A stretch of 64,000 nt of DNA from positions 14,882,001-14,946,000 of the forward strand of contig CM097885.1 in the NCBI GenBank assembly GCA_044892525.1, read 5' to 3'. The DNA comes from Schmidtea polychroa (Eukaryota). The position numbers were made by a program, and so were the translations under genes. Positions 43,177 to 58,633 of this stretch are shown in pieces. Under the pieces are notes generated by a model, which was given only the letters and a program-made list of their open reading frames with translations, made no database searches and was not told the DNA's origin. The first letter of the stretch is position 1. Every line of letters starts with the position of its first letter.

Positions 43177-45034
43177 CAGCGGTATGGGAACTTTTTTAGC
43201 CATTACCCCAAAATATTTTTGCGTAGGTCGATATTACCCCTACATTCTGTAAAGCAAAAAATCAACCATTAAAAATGGTTTTTGAAACTCTCTATATTTC
43301 AATATCTTAATTTCAACATGTTTTAGTTATAATTACGTTATCTCTTTAATCCGAAGTTAATGAATAGATAAGAATTTATATTGAAATAAGGAAATAACAC
43401 TAGATTTGACATATCAATATTTTTTAAATTAACCCACTTTCCGTGATCGGATCGATCTGAGATTTTGATACCATGCAGTATTCTCGACAACGAATCTACT
43501 TGCCAAATTTCACCCCAATCCAATCACGAAAAGTAGGTTAATTTGGCCCAATAAAATTTGCGTGGCACATACAAACATACATCAGCGAAGTTAATATAGA
43601 GAGAATAACAAAGCAAGGTAAATGTATATTATTTATTGAATTAGTTGAAATTTTTATAGAAACTATCTGTAGGTAAATAAAAACCGTAAGCATTAATGTA
43701 ATTCAAACGCTTTTACATTTTAGAAAAATGATGTTGTTTATTTTTGCTAAAATGACTTCAAAAGAAGCTATCTTGTTTTATTCGGCCTTTTGCTTTCAAT
43801 ACAGAAGTTTTGACCCAAATGCTGAATTTTCTTTTCTCTCGCCGAAATGACATTTATATTTTTTCCTTGCAATTCTTTGTTCAACACATTTATAAGCTGA
43901 AAAATGTCGACTAAATATGCGAGATATGCAACCCATGAAGAATTTTTAAATTTATCTGCAAGATTATGTTTTTGATGATCAACCATAAAAATTTCAAGTT
44001 CAGTTTTCAGACCCCATACTCGATTTAGAAAATTTTTGGGAAAGCCATCTCATTTCTCTATGATAAAGTAGGTCAGCTTCACTTTCCTGATATAATTGAC
44101 GAAATAGCCGCGTGTTTATTGCATTTCCTTTAACAAAATTAATAATCTTGATGACATATAAAGGTTTACTAATGGATCATTTCCAAAAGGATTTGAGGCC
44201 TTTATGTAATCAGTTTTATTTTTTACTTTTCATTAATGTTTTTCCTTCATATATTTAACCAATAACTAATATTTCCCACAAATTAGGCGCACATTGACGG
44301 ATAACGCGATTCGGTAACAGCAACGAGGCAATCTTGAACCCTTTCAGCAATAATCTGGTTATATTATTGTTATATAACAAAGCTTTTTAAAGTTTTTTGA
44401 TCAAATGAGATCATAAAAGAAAAGAAATCGATCATTCTTTTGCAACAAGATCTGATGGGAGAGATAGAAAATTATTTTTAATTTGCAAATTACTGATCAA
44501 AGGAATAGATAGTGATGTGATCGAGGATATCAGATCACAGATAATTGAAGTAATTAATATAATAATTAATAATTAATTAAGACATATATACAAACCGTAG
44601 TGATCTTGATTTTAGGAGCTTTGTATTATAATAAAGTCAGCGTTATTTTTTGCTCAATTTTGTCAGAAAAATTAAATATTTTGATGATAAACATAAATAT
44701 TTCCTATCTTGGATTAGCAATATTAATAATATATAATAGTATATTAATAAAAGACCTTATTTTTCTATATCGATATAACGCTCGCACGAACTCCAGTAGC
44801 GCTCCTAAATGCTAACAATTTATAAACTTGTAATTAAACCTTAATAAACGTTTTGCTATTTTTTTAGTACGTATTATTTTATTCCGCACATTTAAAATTT
44901 TTATCATAAACTATTTTACGTAGTGTGTTATAGGTAGTTAAATAATTTTTAAATTTATCCTTTTCTTTGTGTGTCCCAATATTTTGAAAATCGTTAAAAG
45001 TGTGCTGCAATTTAAAAAAGGTTGAGAATCACTG
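43177..45034 (-). mobile_element. hAT (Buster/ZBED8-like) remnants with a nested Helitron-like fragment (~43340-43600)
   Basis: SSWVAYLAYLVDIFQLINVLNKELQGK at 43768-43986. hAT-like ends CAGCGGTATGGGAAC and GGTTGAGAATCACTG have no matching TSD. The nested piece starts TCTATATTAACTTCGCTGATGTATGTTTGTATG on the minus strand. Confidence 0.65.
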
Positions 45035-45369
45035 TGCTATTTATTGACCAATTGTATGTATATTTATCATACAAAATTTGTGGACCGTGTTTGTGTGTAG
45101 GTCATTTTTTCTTCTCGCTTTAAATTAGCTATCCTCCTATATTATAGAGAATAACAATAATAACACACACACACATTTTTATTATAGGTTAGTTTTTTGA
45201 TTTAATATTAAAGGTCTTATATTAGGTGCAATGAATTGGGTTAGGGTGTAAATGTTTTGTGAGATAGTAATATATTTTTGTATATCATATGATAATTTAA
45301 ATAATGCGTTTATTTTTATTTACGTACGATCACCAAAATTCAACACACACACACACACAACTATATATG

Positions 45370-45987
45370 TTACAGTTAAAGTATACATTTCAATCAGTGC
45401 ATACATTATCTAGTTCAGTGATGCCCACAATATTTTCAACAATTGCCAAAAAAATTTTCTTAAATAAATAGTGCCAATTTAAAAAATTCAAATTTTTTAT
45501 TAAAATCATTCATTAATATTATTGGCTAATTTTTCAAAATCAATTGGATCATCATTCATCGCAATTTTAATTTGAATATTTAAATTTGAAAATAATTATT
45601 GATTTCAAGGTTAGGGTAATTGTTTAACAAATATGGAAGTTTAAAGAGTGGCAATAAAAAAGCTAACGCGTGCCACACTTTTGGCACCACTGATCTAGTT
45701 GATTTATGCTTCCACTAGCTGTTTCAGTTAAAGTATACATTATTTTAAATAGTGCATGTATTATCTAGTTAATGTATTCATTGAGTATTGTGTATATTTT
45801 GTGTGTAATTTTGTGTTTAAGCGTGTGTCTCAAACATCTTAACTTTTACTAAGGCTTATCAGTGGGAGTATACACCCACTAGTCAATGAACACATTAACT
45901 AAAATATTGTATACTTTCACTGAAACAGCTAGTGGAAGCATACATCGACTAGATAGTGTATGAACTGATAGAAATGTTTACTTTTAA
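45370..45987. mobile_element. Fold-back element with >100-bp inverted arms
   Basis: TATGCTTCCACTAGCTGTTTCAGT (45706-45729) is inverted at ~45919-45942. The arms continue outward once the nested MITE is removed. Confidence 0.7.
45416..45692. mobile_element. hAT MITE nested in the fold-back element
   Basis: TIR CAGTGATGCC/GGCACCACTG; perfect 8-bp TSD ATCTAGTT. Confidence 0.93.
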
Positions 45988-48900
45988 TATATATTATTAA
46001 TAATTAGAATATTTTTTTATATTAAAGATATTTTTTATTTTAAATGAATGTATAAGTATTTCTAAAGCCAATTATTATCTGTGATGAAATAACGCAGTTT
46101 TTCTCATGAAAAAAAAACTCACTATCTAATTAAATATTTTTTTCGTTTCAGGAAAATCAACATGATATAATCAAATGAGTTTTTGCAAAAATTCCTAAAA
46201 TAATTCCTTGTAATCGTGAAAAAGTGAAATTTTGAAAATTTAAATTTTACTTGTTGATTAAATATATGTGAAAGAAAAAAAAACAATTTTCCCTATATTT
46301 TTCATATTCAATCGACGTTGACATGGAGTTTGCGAAACTCAACACCTGCCTCTTTGTCAGCGATAAAATGAGGCAAAAGTTTGTGGTAAATAAAGCCCAG
46401 TATTTTCTTATTGAAAAAATTTTAATTTCTTAAAATCTCTGAAAAATTTTTTTTTCTTCTGCATAGAAATTATACCAAATTTTTTATGAGACTTTATGAA
46501 GGGATTTAGAAAGGATTATGTTGAGAAATATAAACATAATGTTTAAGTTAATCAAATGTATGCCTGTATGTATGAATTTATTATTATGCATGTACAATAA
46601 AATTTCAGTAAAATCTTTAATTATTTTTACCTTTGATCGAGTCTTTTTATTATCGATTTCTTTTATCTTCATTTCAGACTAAAGATCAATATTTTTAATA
46701 ATAAGAAATAAAGTCAGAAATTAATTATTAATTATTTTGTAATATATTTATTTTGCTATAAATCTATTAAATTTTACACACACATACACACACAGTAGCA
46801 ATCATTAAGAGCTTACATAGACCTCAGGGTTCCTAAAAGTATGTAATGTAATTTATTTTGTTTTTATTTTTCAAGAAAGTTGTTCGATGATAACTCTTAA
46901 AGTATTACGAGAAATCATGAAGAATTTTGGGTTTTACTATGGCTTTAGGAAGACAATTCAGTTGTATTATTTAATTAATTTTATCCATTGCTTCTTTTTA
47001 TTTATTAATACTTTCAAATTCTTTTCTCTATATTTCAGTGAATTTCTTGTATTTTTTTAATTTGTATTATATTTGTATTATTCATTTTCATTTTTAAGGA
47101 TTTTTAAATATTTTATTACTAAATGTTAATTTTCAAATTATTTTTATTTTATTATTTTCAAATATATAAATTTTCTAAAATCTCATCATTTTAATTAAAA
47201 ATTAATATTGTTCTCAATTTTCGTTGACAGTAAAATGAGTTAATCCGACCAATTATTAGCGATTTTGGGCGAATCCCGAAACCCTTAAGCCATTTAATGT
47301 CAGAATTATAGGAAATGTTTATTTATGTAATTCTTATCATTCTAAATATCACTCTTCAGCATATTAGCCGCTACTTATTAGCATATATAATATTGATGAA
47401 ATTTAATTATTTTCATAAGCTGATTGGATTGACTTTGCAATTAGTTAAATCGATTCTATTCACTGAAAAAAGAATGTCCCAAAAATGATACTTTGGGGCC
47501 TTAGTTGATTGAATAGAAGGACGTTTAAAAAAATTATTTATAAAATGTTTTTATTATTTTAATAGAATGAATTTAGTTTTAAAGATTTTCATTAATTTAA
47601 TAATAACTTGGAAAAATATTTTACAATAACAATTATTTATTGAGGCATAAGAAATTATTTAATTAAAAAACAACTAATAATTTTAAAAATTTAATAGTAA
47701 TTTAAATATATTTATATATATATATATATATATATAGTATTTATTAAAAAGCTTGACTATAAATCAATAAATATATCGATGTTTTTTTATATATTTACTG
47801 ATTCATAGTCAAGCTTTTTAATAAATCCAAAGTCAATTGAAAAGAAATCAGTGGTGAAAATTGAAAAAAGTTTTTATAATATATATATATAATTTATTAT
47901 TATTCCAAATAACAATAACTATTATTATAATTATTAATTTAATAATAAATCTATTCAGAATCATAATAAATTAGCATGAATCTAAAAACCCTTAAGTGTT
48001 TCATCAAGAAAAAATCTTTCTAATAAATTTATTGAAGTGAAAATAATATTAATAATTCGTGCGAAAACAGAATTTATTAATATTGAGTTTAAAAATTTAA
48101 TGAAAACGATGCCATATATATTGAAAAAAATTTTTATTTATTAATTTCTGAATATTAATTATTTTACAAATATTATCTTACAAAATATCTGCGTAAAAAT
48201 TTCCACGTCCCAGGCGAACCCGTAAAAATGAATATTAGCAATCAGTTGAAATAATAAAATATTTAAACAAAACACTTTTTGAACTGAAATTTAGATGAAA
48301 TAAAATTAATTAATTAAAAAGATTAAAAAAATTGTTTAAAGCGTTTTTGTATTTTCCATAGGTTTTGCATTGTATGGGATTCATAATGAGAATTCGCACC
48401 GGGTTGCAACAGAATTTGCCACCTAGATTTCCTAGATGCAACGAGAATTCAATTTTTTTTATATATTTTTTGTTTTTATTGAAAATTAGTTAATTTAGTA
48501 AATTAATTTTCCTGAGTCCTTCATATTGATAATTCATAAAACTCCACTGTTTATGGTCACCTTCAAAATTGTAATTTAAAATTAAAAAATAAATAAGTTT
48601 TTTTATTTTTTATTATAAGAACTTTTTTTTCAAATTTCCCCACTGATTTCTTTTCCATTGTATTTATTAAAAAGCTTGACTATTACTCAGTAAATATATT
48701 GATTTTTTGATATTCCCGAATTTTCGACACTGCCTTTTTTAATTTATAATTTATTTATTTTTTAATTTATAAATTACCGTTTTAATCAGAATTCTTGGTT
48801 TATATTACCGATAATTAAAATAAAAATTCGCTTAACGAAATTTCAATTTACGTTAAATTTTTTTGAAACGAATTATTTCGTTAAGCGAGGAATTGGTGTA

Positions 48901-50417
48901 TTGTTATATTAAATAACATACTTTTTTATATACTATTAAATTTTAATTAAAACTAAATTCAGAAATTAATTCAACTACACTCATGAATATATCATTACGA
49001 CCTAACACCTCGTAACATTCATGACTTTAAACCTCTTCTTGACAGCAGCACAACAAGTTTATTAGTATGTACACTACTAATAGGATCTTTGAAAAAAAAA
49101 TACTGTGGTTTACAATTTCGTGAGTATATGTTCCTAACATAGTTAGCGGAGAACTCTGAAGAATGGAATAGTTAGGTTTATCAGTGTATACTGTGTATAC
49201 TGTAATCATCATTCCAAATTTTCGTACCAGGCAGAACTATTAGAGTGCTTCTTTTTCTGTTTTTAACTAGTTTTAAATAATTATTAAATAATTATTATTA
49301 TATCTAATTAATTTAAACACAATTAAAAGTGGGATACTATTGCACATAATAGCCATAATTAATATTTAATTTTATATAATTAATTTATTTATTTAGTTCA
49401 TAATATTTATATAATTACATTTATTTTCAATATTTTCGAATTTTGTTACATTTTTACAATTATAGTCATAAAGAATTAATCCTGTTATTGTAAAATATTT
49501 TATAAGCATTGAATAAATATTTATAATATTTTGTGAATATATAAAGATTTCAGTTTCCCAAAAGTGATAATAATTAATAGAAAAATAAATAATAATTTAT
49601 TTCTATGATTTTTTTAATGAATATTTTAATCTCCCTATTCATGACAACTATATCACAACTAAATGCCTTATTTTGTAGATTTTTCATTTATTTATATGTA
49701 TAAAATGACTGCAAGAATGCGCAATAATTATCAAATTTTGGAATTTATTTAATAAATTTAATAATGGATATAATTATATAATTATAGGTTTATAATAAAA
49801 CATACTGGGAAATAGAAAACAGATAAAATGTGAACAAAAACATGAAGTATTTTACTGATAATAACCTTTAAGATTGAACAATTTAAAGGTCTATCAGTAT
49901 AGGCCATCATTTTCAATACTAATTAGACAATGATTTTTAAATAAAGTTTTTGTAATAAATTATTAGGTGTGTTCTGTAGGTATCTGGTTATAACACTGCC
50001 ACGATATTATTATATACATTCAACTTTATTTAAACAAAATCCTAATTATTGTAATATAGTTATATTATTGTTACGTCATAATATCACAACCAATTATGTA
50101 ACATAAGAACTTTTTTCAATTTTCACCACTGATTTCCTTTCAATTGACATTGAATTTATTAAAAAGCTTGACTATGAATCAGTAAATATATCGATGTTTT
50201 TTCGATATTCACGAATTTTCGGTACTGCCTTTTTCAAGTGATTTTATGTAATAATATTTTAAGTATGTAATATTTTTATTATACTATAAAATACACTTCT
50301 AATAATGAAAAAAATTCTTTTTCGTTGAGACAAACTGAAATATCTATTTTGCAAATAGAATATTTTCAGCTTTCATATTTTATAAATATATTAATAAATA
50401 TATTAATTAAAAGGTAC

Positions 50418-50487
50418 CTCTGAGAAATTGGATTGTGAAAAATATAACACAATTAACATGAAAAAGCCAAGAATGTTTCAGGCATTC
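50418..50487 (-). CDS. Possible signal-peptide exon of the nAChR-like gene
   Basis: ttttgcag|ECLKHSWLFHVNCVIFFTIQFLR g|gtacct. 70 nt ending in phase 1, compatible with exon 36171. No in-frame ATG found, so tentative. Confidence 0.35.
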
Positions 50488-50599
50488 CTGCAAAATTTCA
50501 AAAAAATATTGTTTTAATATTTAAAATAATAATTAATAATCTTATCAGTAACAAACAAATTGAACATAACAAAAAAACAAATAATAAAATTAAATATTA

Positions 50600-50661
<62 letters not shown>

Positions 50662-51244
50662 TAGTATAGTTTTATTATTGGTAATATTCAAATACCAAGA
50701 ACGAGTGTTTGCATGGAAGAACGATTAAAATTAAATTAAATTAAAATTAATTAAATTAAATTAAATTAGCTACTGCTTCGGTGGACTCTATTTTGCATGC
50801 CAATCTCGAAAATCTTTAAACAAAAGCTTAAATAATTAATTTTTTTTATTTGAATTTGTTATTAATCTGCATATTTTTATAATACCTAAGTATCCTAAAA
50901 GATTTATAGTGATCTCTTCGTATACATTTTCTCTGGGAAAAGTTGAATTGTGATTTTTGAAATGCTTGATTAATTTTTGCACTTTTATTTGTTTCTAGTT
51001 TTATTGCTTTGTAATTTTTATGCACTCATTTAGACAATTCCTAACAATATTTTTTACATCTGTTCCGATGAATGAATTTCAACCGTTGACCTCCGGAAGA
51101 CATTATATAGGTGAATATAAAAAAACTTAAAATTCCCAAAAACGGAAATCCTGAAATTATTGATTTTAGTGCAAAATAATTGATTTATAATTGATTTTAT
51201 GTTGTAAATGGATGTCAAACCTCTGTGACCAGTGCAATAAATAT

Positions 51245-51449
51245 TTAATAATGGATTTTATTCACTATTTGATCAATTATTTCAGGGCTGGAAATTATCG
51301 GACGGGATATTTTGCGCATCGGTTGATATGAATTAGATCTTTTCTTTTCAAAGCCAGTCTCTTCTTTGATCTTCTGATTGATGCGTTGCACTGAGCAATG
51401 ATTTCTCCCAGCATTTGGGAGTCGTGTGGACAAATGTACGCATGCAAAT
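51245..51449 (-). CDS. Possible terminal coding exon of an unidentified gene
   Basis: Acceptor-like ttttcacttttag at 51450; open frame FACVHLSTRLPNAG...IVNKIHY*. No partner exons identified. Confidence 0.3.
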
Positions 51450-51681
51450 CTAAAAGTGAAAACCACGCATAACGTTTTTTTTCATTGCTTATTTTATAGA
51501 GCTGGTTAGCAGGTGTATATTGTTTGAATTTGCATGCGAATTACGCCATAAATTGATGGTTATAAACAAACATCAAAAGAAAAAAAAATGATCTTCATGG
51601 ATTAGTCAAATGAAAACCAGATTAGTACATTTCACAGAAGTTAAATAATACAATATAACGGATATTTCCAAATAGTATGAC

Positions 51682-52293
51682 CAGGGACGTAGTCAGGATT
51701 TCAGCTTTGGGGGGGGGGGCAAAATTATTACAATTCGTCGAGCAATGTTAAAAGTTGACATGGAAAATAGAAACAAATATTTTAAGATAATTAACAAATT
51801 TATTATTAATTATTAACAGTATATATTACACAGGATATATTACAATACAATATTAATTCGTATTTGTCCCTTCATTAATTCAAAAAGTATTTCATCCAGG
51901 TTTATTTTAATGTCTTGATGAATATATAAAAAGCCAAACTGTTTAACCTTTTTTCATCCATGGTATTTCTAATACTAGTAAATGTGTCAAATACGGACAA
52001 GTGGGGTGGTTTGAACGCGTAGTCTAGCACAACGATACATGTAACCGGATCGGTTAAACATGCACTCGTCTATGTACTTTGTTGTATCGAAAAGACTTTC
52101 AAACTACGGAAAATAGCTAGCGCAAGCATAGTTGTACTGTCTTGGATTTGAAAAGACTTAACTAAAAATATAAATTGTTATTTTTATTCTCATGTAGTTC
52201 TCATATTAAAACCAAAATGAAGGTTTTATTAAAATATCTCGTCCCAAATTTATATTTGATAATATATAATTTATTTTGGGGGAGGCGTCCCTT
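51682..52293 (-). mobile_element. hAT deletion derivative
   Basis: Ends CAGGGACG...CGTCCCTT with 8-bp TSD AGTATGAC. C-terminal scrap LRNTMDEKRLNSLAFIYIHQDIKINLDEI on the minus strand. Confidence 0.88.
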
Positions 52294-55200
52294 AGTATGA
52301 CTAAACATTTGCAGCAGCTGATTTGCCAAATAATTTACAGAAATGCATTGATCCTATGGGATCCTATTCGTTGATAGTATGGAAATACTAAATGGTAATA
52401 TCTGTTAGTATATATCGATGGCACGCAAACTATGTGCTGCTATGAAATTTTTAATTTGAGTAATAAAAAAAGTTTATTTCAAAATTTTTCATTTAATATT
52501 TGATAACAAGTTTGTTTAAGAATCATAAGTACATTTAAAATATATTCACACATTAAACTCAATACCAATCTCGATATTGGTCCAAAACAAAGCTCTTTCT
52601 TTTTCAAATTTGAAATGCGATCTGATACTCACATTAGGTGAACTTTGAACACTGATACCACAGAAATATATGAAGAACAGAAAGATGGATGTTGTGCAAT
52701 TTTACGTTCGATATAGAGGTGAAGCCGTTCCATGTTCCAAAAATTGTTACGATTCCAGAATTTTGAGTACATTTTCTCTTGCGCAGTTAAAAAAAGGTGG
52801 CGTTAATGATATTAAAACAAAATTTAAATATTTGTTATTTTTAATAACGCATTTAATTTAATTTTAAATAATTAAAATTTAATAAAATTGTATGTATATT
52901 TATAATATATATTTATTTCAACTTCTTTTCTGACTTCATATCAATATTTTGTTAGATTTTATATAAAATAAATTCAAATTTCAAAAACAAAGTTGAACTC
53001 TGACTTGCTATTGAGAATTTCTAAAACAATATAGGAAAACTTTTATTAATAAAAATCAAATTGACAAAATAATTAAACCAACAATTTATTATTGTTATTG
53101 TCTAGCAAAATTAAAATTGATTTTACTGAATTTCAGAAGTTTGAATAATTTGACAATTATCCCAACTGGATAATATTAATGTCAATTCTCTTTGGTGAAG
53201 TGATCTGAGAAAGAAGTGTGAAACAATTTATTGTCACTTTCCTAATAAATTCAATTCTTTTCTTTAATTTCTTTTATATCTGAATCATCAAAATTTTCAC
53301 ACCCCTCTGAATATTACTGCCATTTCTTAAGCTGCTTTCGAAAACAAAAAAAATTAAAATTTGTCATCCTTTAAAATTGGGTTTCATTTTTGCTTTCACT
53401 AATTTATTTTTAGGATTTTAATTATTTCTAATTAGGTGAACATTTTTTATTTTGGTTTTATTTCTATTGTTTTTTATGCTTATTTTAATTTTAGTTCCCC
53501 TTATTGCTAATTAATTAGATTATATAACATTAAAATGGTATATGTCTTTCCGATACCTACTAAAAGAGAAACCATCGAAATCTGCCAGTTTTATTTAAAT
53601 ACAGACTTGGACTTTCAAAATCTATGAGAATAGTTTTTGAGTCCGACAGTGTTATTGTGCTGTCTTGCAATGTGTCCAATGTAAAATTTTTACAATTATC
53701 TTTAAATTATATAACTTTTAATTAAAATACTATTTTTCTTAAGTATAAATTGCTAAAAAATTTAATTTTTGGTTATTAAATAATGTTTATTAATCAAAAT
53801 AGCAGATATTATGATTGGTCACATTTATTCAATACCTTCAAGGCTTTTTGTTTTGATTGGTTTCTCTTTTCTCTAATAACAAAATTTAAAAGAATAAAAT
53901 AATTTTAAAGTTTTATATTTGAAATATTATATTTAATGTTCTATAATGTAAAACTATCGTGAAACTAAAATACGCCATAATTAACACTATCAAAAATTTA
54001 TTAAATACGAAATTCTTGTGTTGGGTGATGAGTTGCATATGAATCTCTGGTGAACTCCATATTTACTTTAATGTGCTACTTTTTTTTTAACCAGCGGTTT
54101 TCTATCTTCTTATTTAAACAAATTTTTTTATATCTTTTATTTTTTTATATAATAATTTAGTATAATATAATAAAATATTATCTTTCTATGTAAATTTAAA
54201 AAAAACATAAATAGAGGCACTACAAAAAACGACAACTAATTTTAGCGATAAATTAATTACAGATTTATTATTAAATTTAGATAAAAGTAAAATCATTCAC
54301 CACTGATAAACTATTTTCTATTCATTTCAGAATATAGATAATTTTTTTCTACCTGACCACAAAGTGTTTGTAAACTAAATTTAATTATTTTGTTTAAAAT
54401 AGAAATAAAGAAAATATTTATATTTTGAATTAATTTTATTAGATGATTATTTTATTTTTTAAAAAATTCAAAGGAAAAAGAAAACAAATTGAAAAATGTT
54501 TTAATGTGAAACATAAAAAAAAATGAAATGCTTATGTGCTTTGAATTCATAAGTTTCAGATGATATTATTTGTAGATGATTTTATCTCGTAAATGGTTTT
54601 TGGTTTATCGAATAACTAACTGAAATTGTAAAGTAATATTCAATGCAATTTCTAATGAATATCAAAAAAAACCATTTTATTCTTTTTAATAATTTATCGC
54701 CATAGAACGCAAATACAACCTTTAAATGTTTATGCACCTACTTAGTAACACTAGGATAATATGAGTTGTTCATAAGCCTAATTTATAAGATATAAAGCGT
54801 GTTTATATAGACATGATATAAATTGTATCAAATTGTGTTATTTGATGTGGCCTGTTTTAAAGGTCTTGGTACAAAGTTCCTGTATTCGATCTCGGCTTTT
54901 AGAGGGTTTCTGGCATGCTACTGTTGCCATTTTTAATTTAATAACGAGATATTTTGTGAATGATACAGTTAGGTCTAATAAAATCAGAACCCTATTTCTA
55001 CCATTAATTCGGCATCTTTAAAATGACAATTGTAGAAATTATCAATATTTTTCATTTTGACAGTCTTTGTAGTTCTTCTAAGAACCTTTATGTTATTTGA
55101 GACACTTGTTAATAAGTTTACTTGCTTAATATATGGTACAATTCACATAAGGAAAAAGGAAGACAATTTTTTGCACTCAATTTAATGAACATATAAAAAA

Positions 55201-55895
55201 TAAAACATGCAATGATCACAAGCATTTGATTGCTCCATATAACAACTTCTATTATATGAATTTAAAATTCCTTACAATGTTAGTTTTCTTTAATGTTTTC
55301 CTTAATAATATAAAAAAAATAATTTAAAATAGTAAACATTATTTTAATTCTTATTTAATAAATAAATTAAGATCAACATTTGCAGTGCTAAAGATTCCAG
55401 TTAAATATAAAACAAAATATTGATTGATATCTTAAAACAATGTAGAAATGAAAATTAAGTATATTTACAAGCATTTTTTTCAAACAACAATTAAAATTGA
55501 AAGCCTTATTATTTTATTATTTCATTAATATTTCACATTTGATTGGCTAAAAAGGTTTTAACTAAAACGCTCTAACTTCTTAAATATTATGCTTTTCAAA
55601 AATTTTCAATAATTAAATCTTTGAATTCTGTCAGGTATTTTTTTTCCAAATTAGGGTTAAATTATAATTTTTTCCAGATTTTAGAAAATATATTTTCAAG
55701 AATAACTATTAAATATAATTATAAATAAAAACTTGGAAAATAATAAGAAAATTTTCTGATTTTTTAAACTAATTCCAATATAAAATTGTAATAAATCATC
55801 TGTATTCATAATACCAATAAATTTAGTTTTGCACGAAACATTACAATTATTTTCACTTCAGAAATTTTATTCAAAAAGAAAATATTTTAATAATG

Positions 55896-55989
<94 letters not shown>

Positions 55990-56693
55990 TAATAATAATA
56001 ATAATAATGTTGAAATTTCATAAAAATAATATATGTAAATTAATCAGTAATTAAGAGGTGCATAAGAAGTGTCATAAATTAATCAAAAAAATTAATTACA
56101 AAGTAATTAGCTGATTTGTTGGCTGAAAATTAACAAATTTTAGAGTGACAATTTGGAAACAGATGGTTATTATAAAATAAATGCATTTCAAATTTTTTTA
56201 AATTGAATGAGCTAATAATTAAAAATGTAAAAATACAAGCTAATTAAATTAATTATTATTTATCCTAACATTTATAGTCCGAGAAAAAAAGGCAATTTTG
56301 ACAATAGTATTAAAAATTTATGTGTATAAGATTAGAGAGGACTGCGTTGTAAAAGTTTGAGGGTTTACTTGAGGAGATACAAGAAATAGAGAAATTCCAT
56401 AACACTGAGGAACATAGATATATAAACTAACTAATTTAAAATGGAAATTAACAGATTGATCGAAGAGTTACTAGTAGCACGTATATTAGCCAGCTAAATT
56501 GAGCAGAAGCCTTCAAACTTGTTATTTATTTCAAGAAAGTTTGTGAAAATTGAATTAGCTTTTTAATTTAATAACGAGAATTGACCGGAATAGTGTAAAT
56601 AAAATTTTATAATTTGTTGGCCTTTTCATTCAATTACGAACACGAACAGTTATCAGAAATGGGAATTATTATACCGAATTAAATTAAAAACCC

Positions 56694-56782
<89 letters not shown>

Positions 56783-58140
56783 TAATAATAATGCGATCTT
56801 ACTTAATAAGGAAAATTAAACTATTCCTTGTCCGTAAAATTATTCGGTTTTTGTCAATTTTACTTTGGTGAAAAATTTTTCGATTTTCATGATCATATTG
56901 GATAAAACTTTTTTTTAAAAAATGCAATATTTTTATAGAACTCCTAATGTTAAAAGTCATCATTGGAGCAGACTTTTTTATTTGCAAACAATAGTGAAGA
57001 AAATATTTTTTAGATTTTATTTATTCATTTAACAGATTAAAAAATAAATATATATATTTAACGTTTTATTTTAATAAAAAACAAACAACGTAAAATTATC
57101 CATGAATAAGGAAAAAAAGTCAAATAAAAATCAAACAATAATTTACCTGTAATTCGACCGCTGAAAATCATATAAAATCCAAACTCAGATCAATGATCGA
57201 TAGAATAATCCCTAAATCGATTGAGCCGGCATGAATATATTCACTGACAATTCTACAATGAATTCTATTGGCTGATTCAAATTACATAATTAGCCAATGA
57301 TTGAAATCGATTTTAATCAAACAATTCAAACAGATTTAATTATGGGTTTCACTGTGAAAACAAATAGGAATATCATAATGAATATAATGATTATAAATTT
57401 CCACGGAAAAAGGTTTCGTAGAAATTATTCGGATGACACGGAAATGGAGGCAAACATCAAAAGAAGTTTTACATGATCGATTAGTGAAAATATGAATGAA
57501 TAAAACTGTTTACGTTTGATCTGACAATTGATTATTGCAAGCTTAATTTATTGACTAAACTTTCTAATTTTTATTTTAATATTCTCATTTCTTTCGATCA
57601 AAGTAATTTTTATCCAAAATAAATTGATAATTAATTGAAAAATATTTTTTTTAATAATTTAATTGTGATAATAATATTTTTTCTAAATAAATAATTTAAC
57701 TATTATCAATTGTTAAATATTTAATAATTCAAAAATATTTGACAATTAATATTGAAACAAAATTTGATTAATTATGAAATCTAATAAAACTTTTATTATT
57801 ATTATAACTTATTTATATATTTTTAAATTTTCCAGAATCAAAACAGAATTTACTGAAGTGACTTCGTGATGTAAACAATAATTCATACAAATCAGCTCCT
57901 AAAAATACAGTAAAAGTTATTGTTATCAATATTAATTACATATTCTACCAGAAAGTGTGTGTAAATGGGTAAAAATGAATCAAATTTGATATTTTCAACA
58001 TTCCCATTTATTGTGATTTTGAATGGTCCAAACAAGTTGGTAGTGTTGCAAAGGGTTGTGAGTGAAGGTAGATATCAACAGCTATTTATCTTACTCAAAA
58101 TATGTTTTGAAGACAATAATAAACTCACAACAATATCGCT

Positions 58141-58633
58141 ATTCGTACATCTTTTTCACTATATATATTTCACTATATATATTCGATAGCATCACTATCA
58201 TCATCAGGTTACCTATATTCACGACGGATGAATAACTATACTATATTGATAATATATAAACAAATTATAAAATCTATAAATTTTAAATTATAAATAAAAA
58301 TTTGAAACAATCATTTTTTTAAAAATAATTTTCAATAATCAATTATATTTAAACTTTTAAAATTATTTTAAAAATATTATTTTAATTAATTTTTAATTAT
58401 TTAACATAACTATTATTCAATATACATTAACATACAAAAATTTAATTAAAAACATTCAACACACACGTATTCACTGCATTCTGCACATTGATTTTAGGAT
58501 TAACAGCTCTTATCAATAATGCTTCACATATTACACGCTCAAAACTATTATCAAAATTTTTTGATAAGATTTTAAAATCAGACATTCCATATTCTCTCAT
58601 ACAGACTTTATTATGATCCTTAATATTGGACAC
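58141..58633 (-). mobile_element. Penelope-like 3' fragment with degenerate hammerhead (58171-58210)
   Basis: DFKILSKNFDNSFERVICEALLIRAVNPKINVQNAVNTCVL, a paralog of 17050-17241. CTGATGA-T-GATAG TGATG CTATC-GAAT. Confidence 0.85.

Noticed and set aside
46631..46672. MKIKEIDNKKTRSK|gt as the nAChR start exon
   Set aside because: It ends in phase 0 while exon 36171 needs phase 1, and it is not signal-peptide-like.
57146..57252. First coding exon of the nAChR-like gene
   Set aside because: It has good splice signals, but its ATG frames do not join the downstream exons in frame. It could be a UTR exon; unsupported.
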